The position numbers and the translations under genes are program-made. Shown here one piece after another: positions 62,563-64,000 of a DNA stretch of 64,000 nucleotides (position 1 is its first letter; every line of letters begins with the position of its first letter). The DNA is from Eledone cirrhosa (taxonomy: Eukaryota). Under the pieces are notes generated by a model. The model did not search any database. It saw only the letters and a list, made by a program, of their open reading frames with translations, and was not told where the DNA came from. Location of the stretch: positions 18,290,001-18,354,000 of the forward strand of contig OZ024754.1 of NCBI GenBank assembly GCA_964016885.1, in the 5' to 3' direction.

Positions 62563-63854
62563 GAGAGAGCTGGACAGACAGGTAGGGAGAGAGGGGGAAG
62601 AGAGTGTGAGCAGATATAAGTCAGTCAATTTTATCCCTTTCAGCTTTATTGTTATGAGAAAAACAGACTGATGAAGACAAAGGAGAAGAGCCAGTTTGTA
62701 AATGTCTCCCAATTTATATTTACATTTATTCACACTAAAACAACAACAACAACAACAAAAGAAAGGAGGAGGAGGAGTTAAATAAGATAAATGAAATGAT
62801 TCTTCCATTAACTGCATGTGACATTAGTAGTGACCAGTGCTGATGTTGAATGAGATGGAGTACATTATTAGTGCTTACCTGTATATTACTAGATAGGTCT
62901 GCTAGTAGGATTATTGGACTTTGTACTCCTCCTACACAGTAAGAGCCAGCATCAGTTAAGGCTGGAGAGCAAAGTAGATAGCTATTTGATGTAGCCTGGA
63001 ATGGTATTTCCCGTATTGTGTCTCCACATGTATGAAGAGGGGTAATGGATTCCCTTTAGGTACTCCAATCCTTGCAATGCCTACCATCATATATAAAAAC
63101 ACATGCAAAAACCGGTTGTCTTTATAGATGATCTACTATACATGACACTGAACAACATCAATGTAACATCAATGCAGAAGAAGAGGAGGAGGAAAAGGAA
63201 GAGGAGGAGAGAGAAAAGCAGTAGCAGCAACAGTGGTAACAGCAGCAGCACCCATGATTGAAAAATTTCTAAAAAAAAAAGAATATATACTGTATTCAGT
63301 TATTTCTCAATGTAACACTTCCAAACCAAATTCATAGAAAATAAATGAGCTTTGATGTACATGAAAATTTTCTTTGAAACAACTCCGATTTAAGCATTTC
63401 AATTAAGTTAAACAGCAATTAGTTTTATCTCAGTCAATATCATCCAAGAGCACGTGATATTTCATTTAAAAGGCTGGCCAGGTGTAAATCTACTGTTGCA
63501 TTCTGATTTTCCTGAATCTATTCTCTTCTCTTCTAACAGGCAGCTGTAACACAGCAGCTACAGTCAGTCATCATGATAAACTGTCCTTGCTATTTCACTG
63601 CTTTTTTCTTCACTAAAGTGTTCAACATACATCAGTAGATGTTGTCGTAGCAGCAGTACTAGTAGTAGTTCTATATACACACAACACATACAACATTACT
63701 TATAGCAGTCTCAGGAAATGACTGCAGCTTTAGGCATTCCCAATATTCTGCAGCCATTAAGACCAATAAGGCATGGAAGAATCCTGATTTTTGGTAAATC
63801 CATCTTCTCAGATTCTTTCTATTTATTATACATTTTATATATACATATATATAA

Positions 63855-63924
<70 letters not shown>

Positions 63925-64000
63925 TATTCTTGTTCACCTCTCTCTCGCTCTCTCTAAATGATCAACTAATGATCAAATGCAGACATTTAATATGTCTGCA

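Noticed and set aside
62990-63082. Kinase-like ALQGLEYL peptide on the minus strand
   Set aside because: The frame stops soon afterwards and no HRD or DFG motif follows.

Overview
AT-rich, repeat-saturated eukaryotic DNA. The repeat complement and (AT)n/(CA)n/(CAT)n density point to a cephalopod such as Octopus (inference). I could not support any host protein-coding gene; nearly all long ORFs are transposon-derived or microsatellite artefacts. The window holds about 15 RTE-type LINE pieces of at least three subfamilies, whose RT carries an embedded PHD-type zinc finger. It also holds tRNA-derived SINEs that share the RTE 3' tail, four to five Penelope-like (PLE) fragments with inverted pseudo-LTRs, a DD37D Tc1/mariner, piggyBac-type TTAA elements and non-autonomous Helitrons. 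A 5.9-kb 37/38-bp minisatellite with a 2016-bp higher-order period sits inside a decayed R4/Dong-like LINE. The most notable hidden signal is at least seven hammerhead-ribozyme folds of three families inside PLE pseudo-LTRs. All family assignments come from motifs read by eye; no database search was run.
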